Source: the human T2T-CHM13v2.0 reference genome, Homo sapiens. Taken from it: a DNA stretch of 64,000 nucleotides. Below, piece by piece: positions 60,268-64,000 of this stretch; position 1 is the stretch's first letter, and each line of letters starts with the position of its first letter. The notes under the pieces are model-generated. The model was given only the letters and a program-made list of their open reading frames with translations. It searched no databases and was not told the DNA's origin. The stretch is from the NCBI RefSeq assembly GCF_009914755.1, contig NC_060947.1, one strand, 5' to 3'. The translations under genes were made by a program, and so were the position numbers.

Positions 60268-60391
60268 TGCTACTCAGGAGGCTGAGGTGGGTAGATCTCT
60301 TGAGCCCAGGAGTTCGAGGTTACAGTGAGCTATGATCAATGCCACTGCATTCCAGCCTGGGCAACAGAGAGACGCTGTTTCAAAAAAAAAA
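60268..60391 (+). mobile_element. 5'-truncated Alu right arm
   Basis: GCTACTCAGGAGGCTGAGG... followed by poly(A). Confidence 0.88.
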
Positions 60392-62344
60392 TAGATATAT
60401 AAATTGAAGGGGTGAAAAATATTGCTGCGCTTCTAAACCTGTGTAGTAGTGAAGCATGTACTGAAATCCAAGTCCATCCACTCCAGAAAGAGAGTAAACA
60501 GTGGAAAGATGACATAGTGACACAGCAAACAAAGGGACCTGCTTAGAAACACAATACTGAGGCAGTGATGGGCTAAAGCAGAATTTTAATGATACTGTAG
60601 ATTAGCTGGATGTTTTCAAGCAGTATGCATTCTGTTTGAACAGTACTCCCTTCCCAACAATTAAGGGAGACTATTTACTTTTCATACACCTGCACTTTGA
60701 ATCATGTATGTAATTATCAGTTTTTCAAATGGACCTGAGGAAGCATTGCAATTGCTAGAGAAGTGTTAGGCCAAAATTTTAAGGCCTTAGTTTGTCTCTA
60801 GAGCAGGGAATAGAGGCCCTCTTAGACAGCCATGAGACCAGAGAGACCTGGAGGGCAGGATACTGCAGCAATGCCAAAAACACCGCCTACCTAGACTCCC
60901 TCGCTGGCAGGAGGGGCAATGGCAATGAAGCCTTGGTTTTGCTCCTCACACTGCTGGGACATGTCTGTCCTCTCTGCAAGTAGCTTGGGCAGACATGTGG
61001 CTGTGCCTGTGCATGAGCCATATAGCACCTGCTTATCCGTTTTGCTATTGTTTTCCCCCACCTTTTGGCCATTTACCAAAAGCAAACAGGATGGAGAGGA
61101 AATGCAGTGACCACGTCTGGATTGTAGCTGGTCCTCCCTATTTCATAGCAGTGGCAGTGCCATATGGAGACTTGCACTGCTTGCATAAGTTGGGATAGCA
61201 ATAAGTAAGGTCTATGTGGTTTCTCCAGGGCAGGACTTGCCAGATTCTCTAAGCACTTTATCTGAGGGTTGGATTTCGTCAGTTCAATGGAGAGTTTAGG
61301 GTGGCGTGGGCTAAGTTCATGTCAAATCTACATACCCTCCCCTTGTTTGTGGCTTAGATAATTTCTGCCATTATTTTCTTCCTACTTTTCCCAATTCTCC
61401 AAGGTCACTGTGCTCTGCATCAGAGAGAAGCACTGAAGCACACACACCACTAATAAATAGTCTCCTAGCATCATTGTGTAGTAGGTGTTAAGTACATATC
61501 TCATAGGCAACTGTAAAATTGCCCAGAAGAGTTGCTGCACATCTTCCCAGAGCAGTGTTTGTAGCCTTTGTAAACTTACAGGATAAATTAGAGGCATCTT
61601 CTCTGACCAGCAATGCAGGGAGAGGGGACAAGATTGGGATTTCTGGCATCTTTAGGGGAAAAAGGAAACCAATGTAATATCTCTGCCAAGGCTCTCAATT
61701 ATGGCTTTATACAACAATGTTCTCAGAAATAAAACTCCTCTCCATTGACTGATCAACACAGCATAAAAATCCATCCAGGGAGGTCCCTGATATAATGCCT
61801 GATGGTACTGACAGGCAAAGCCTGACTGTGTGACACTCCCACATTCAGTCTCATCATCATCGGCGAATATGAGCGGGGAGGAGGGAGCCTCAGCCGAGGT
61901 CTTTATTTTATAGACTGTGACTTCAGTGAGTGGCTGACCTGCACTAATCCAAAGACAGAAATAAAAACCAAAAAGGAAACACAGTCACTTGTAATGCATG
62001 TCGATAAAATGCTCATTGAAGCCTCTGAACCAGATGACAATGTGATAGACCCTGTCCAAGGGGACAAAGGCAGGAGAAATGGCCTAGAATAATCATCTGA
62101 CTGGCAGCACAGAGCCAGGCTGTTGCAGAAACCAGTCCTGACATTTACCCTGGCACACCTGTTGATGTTGAAGTGAGAATGCTTTGTTCTATTTTGCTGA
62201 CATGGAGGCTAGCCCCAGGCCTCCAGGCAGACCTTTGCAAAGGCTCTCTGGATGGAGACTTCCTGCAGGAGACATCACCATAGAAGGTTTTATTTAGGTA
62301 GTATAGTATAACCGCTAAGGTTTATTGAGCACTTATGTGCTAAC

Positions 62345-62680
62345 TATGGCAGAAAAGAGAAGGGACATTCAAAACAGGTAAAGAAGGCGAGTTTAATGAG
62401 GAAACTGTTTACAAAGCTATGGATGGGGTTAGGGTAACCGGCAACAGATGGTGAACCTAGCATCAGCTGGGAGCTGTTACCACCCCTAGACTGAGGAAGC
62501 AAAAGAGTGTGGCCTAGGTCATCTGTGCTTAAAAGAAGCTGTGAATCTCCATCTCGGAAAAAAAAAAAGAAGCTGTGAGTGACTGTGGGGAGAGGGATGC
62601 AGCCAAATGCAGCCATGAAATAAGGAGAAAGCCAGGTGAATGAATACCCTGACCTCACTCTTCCAATCTCCCATCTTCAT
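62345..62680 (-). mobile_element. Ancient LTR fragment (LTR67B-like; family uncertain)
   Basis: GAGTTTAATGAGGAAACTGTTTACAAAG and GCTGTTACCACCCCTAG motifs, from recall. Confidence 0.45.
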
Positions 62681-62971
62681 ATGGAGAAGCTTAAAACAAA
62701 GAGTAAACTAAGGGGATAATCTCTTTCCCCATTTCTTTATCTGATGGGCACCTTCTGGGCCTATGCATGTGGTTCAGAAAGCACTGCTACAGGGCTCAAA
62801 ACAAATAGCACAGAGGGAGACTTGAGCATCCCCCTCACCCCCACCACCTGGAAACCCTTTAGGTACCAGGTGAGTGGTTTTATTCTGGTTATGTTTACAT
62901 GGCTTTAAGATGTTTGATTTGATTAAAGAATCACCACCACAATAGAACTGAAAAAATCACATTCTAAGTAC

Positions 62972-62972
<1 letters not shown>

Positions 62973-63003
<31 letters not shown>

Positions 63004-63010
63004 AACACAG
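62973..63010. repeat. (CA)n microsatellite
   Basis: Visible directly. Confidence 0.95.
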
Positions 63011-63024
63011 ATGTTAATCGTAAA

Positions 63025-63250
63025 GTCGAAAACAACCAAAGTGCCCCCAAATAGGGGAGAAATTAAGTAATTTATGGTTCATCAACTTGATGAACAGTCA
63101 TTAAAATGACGGCCATGAAGACAAATGAAGACTAGGTAACACCATGGAAACTTGGGTTTGGCGAAGAAACACAATATGGAAATTGCACACATTATTATTA
63201 TATAAGTAGTCAGAATTTGCTTAGCAAAGTAGACTGGAAGGAAATAAACT
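63025..63250 (+). mobile_element. L1ME-like 3' fragment
   Basis: AAAACAACCAAAGTGCCC...TTAAGTAATTTATGGT...AGACTGGAAGGAAATA. Confidence 0.55.
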
Positions 63251-63259
63251 ATCCATCCA

Positions 63260-63470
63260 ACGAATACTTATTGAGTGCCTATTCTGTGCACCGTTCAGAG
63301 CTAAGCATTTTACACCTTCTCAAATCCACACACTGATATTATGCGACCCCCATTTTACAGATTAAAAACATGAAGGGGAGAAAGATTGATTTACTAAAGC
63401 TAATAAGCGCAGAGCAGAGCTGGGGCTTCAAACTGCTTCACTCTGACTTCAGATCCTGGGCCCCTCCTCT
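63260..63470 (-). mobile_element. MIR
   Basis: TACTTATTGAGTGCCTATTCTGTGC...CCCCATTTTACAGAT...CTCTGACTTCAGA. Confidence 0.7.
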
Positions 63471-64000
63471 ACTGCTCTTTTGCCAAATGATAACAGTGGT
63501 TGTGCTGGGGTTAGATAATTCAGAGGCCTTCTTTCCTTTTCCAGATGTTTGTCACAGTTGTATTTACTTTCAGAATTTGACAAATTGTTTGATTAATTAA
63601 AACCATAATGAAGATTGCCAAGCAGAACCTCAAAGCAATAAAGAAGGCTTTTTAACAATTCTCAAAAGGAAAAACAATAACACAACAACATCTTCTTCAG
63701 AGAAAAGGTAAATTTATTGGCCTTCAGGAAATGAGCAAAAAAGGTAGAAAAATAATTTAAGAAGATGCTGGCTCCAGGCAAGTCCCTCACTCCCCACTGA
63801 GAAAGAAACAGATCAAGCTCATCCAAATCAGATAGCCTACAGGAAAGGAAGATGTCTGCCTGAGGATGCATGCCGTTTACTTGTTTACTTAAGTAAGTGA
63901 TGGTCCCTGGAACCTTGGCAGGGGGATTAGTACTGAAGGTAGCTGTGAGCAAGACCTGCTCATCTACATGGTATAATGTGAAGGTCACTGTATTGGAAAT

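Overview
Human or other primate nuclear DNA, intronic or intergenic, dominated by interspersed repeats. I found no intact cellular protein-coding gene, CpG island or CRISPR array; the long ORFs are LINE-1 remnants or chance frames in Alu/LTR sequence. Main contents: a young L1PA2/3 3' end, a full-length L1PA7 (43485-51345, 13-bp TSD) carrying an AluY and a solo MER11 LTR, older L1M and L2 fossils, about 30 Alus (mostly AluJ-like), ERVL internal fragments, several solo LTRs and Tigger/MER DNA transposons. The most notable element is a TSD-bounded retrocopy at 37485-38052. It starts at the 5' end of an H/ACA snoRNA (recognised as SNORA8), continues through the rest of the intron and its 3' splice site into spliced TAF1D-like 3' exons, and ends in a poly(A) tail, i.e. 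a fossil of a snoRNA-led polyadenylated RNA. There are also several micro-scale repair and retrotransposition scars. Family names come from my recall of consensus sequences, not a database search, and boundaries of old repeats are approximate.
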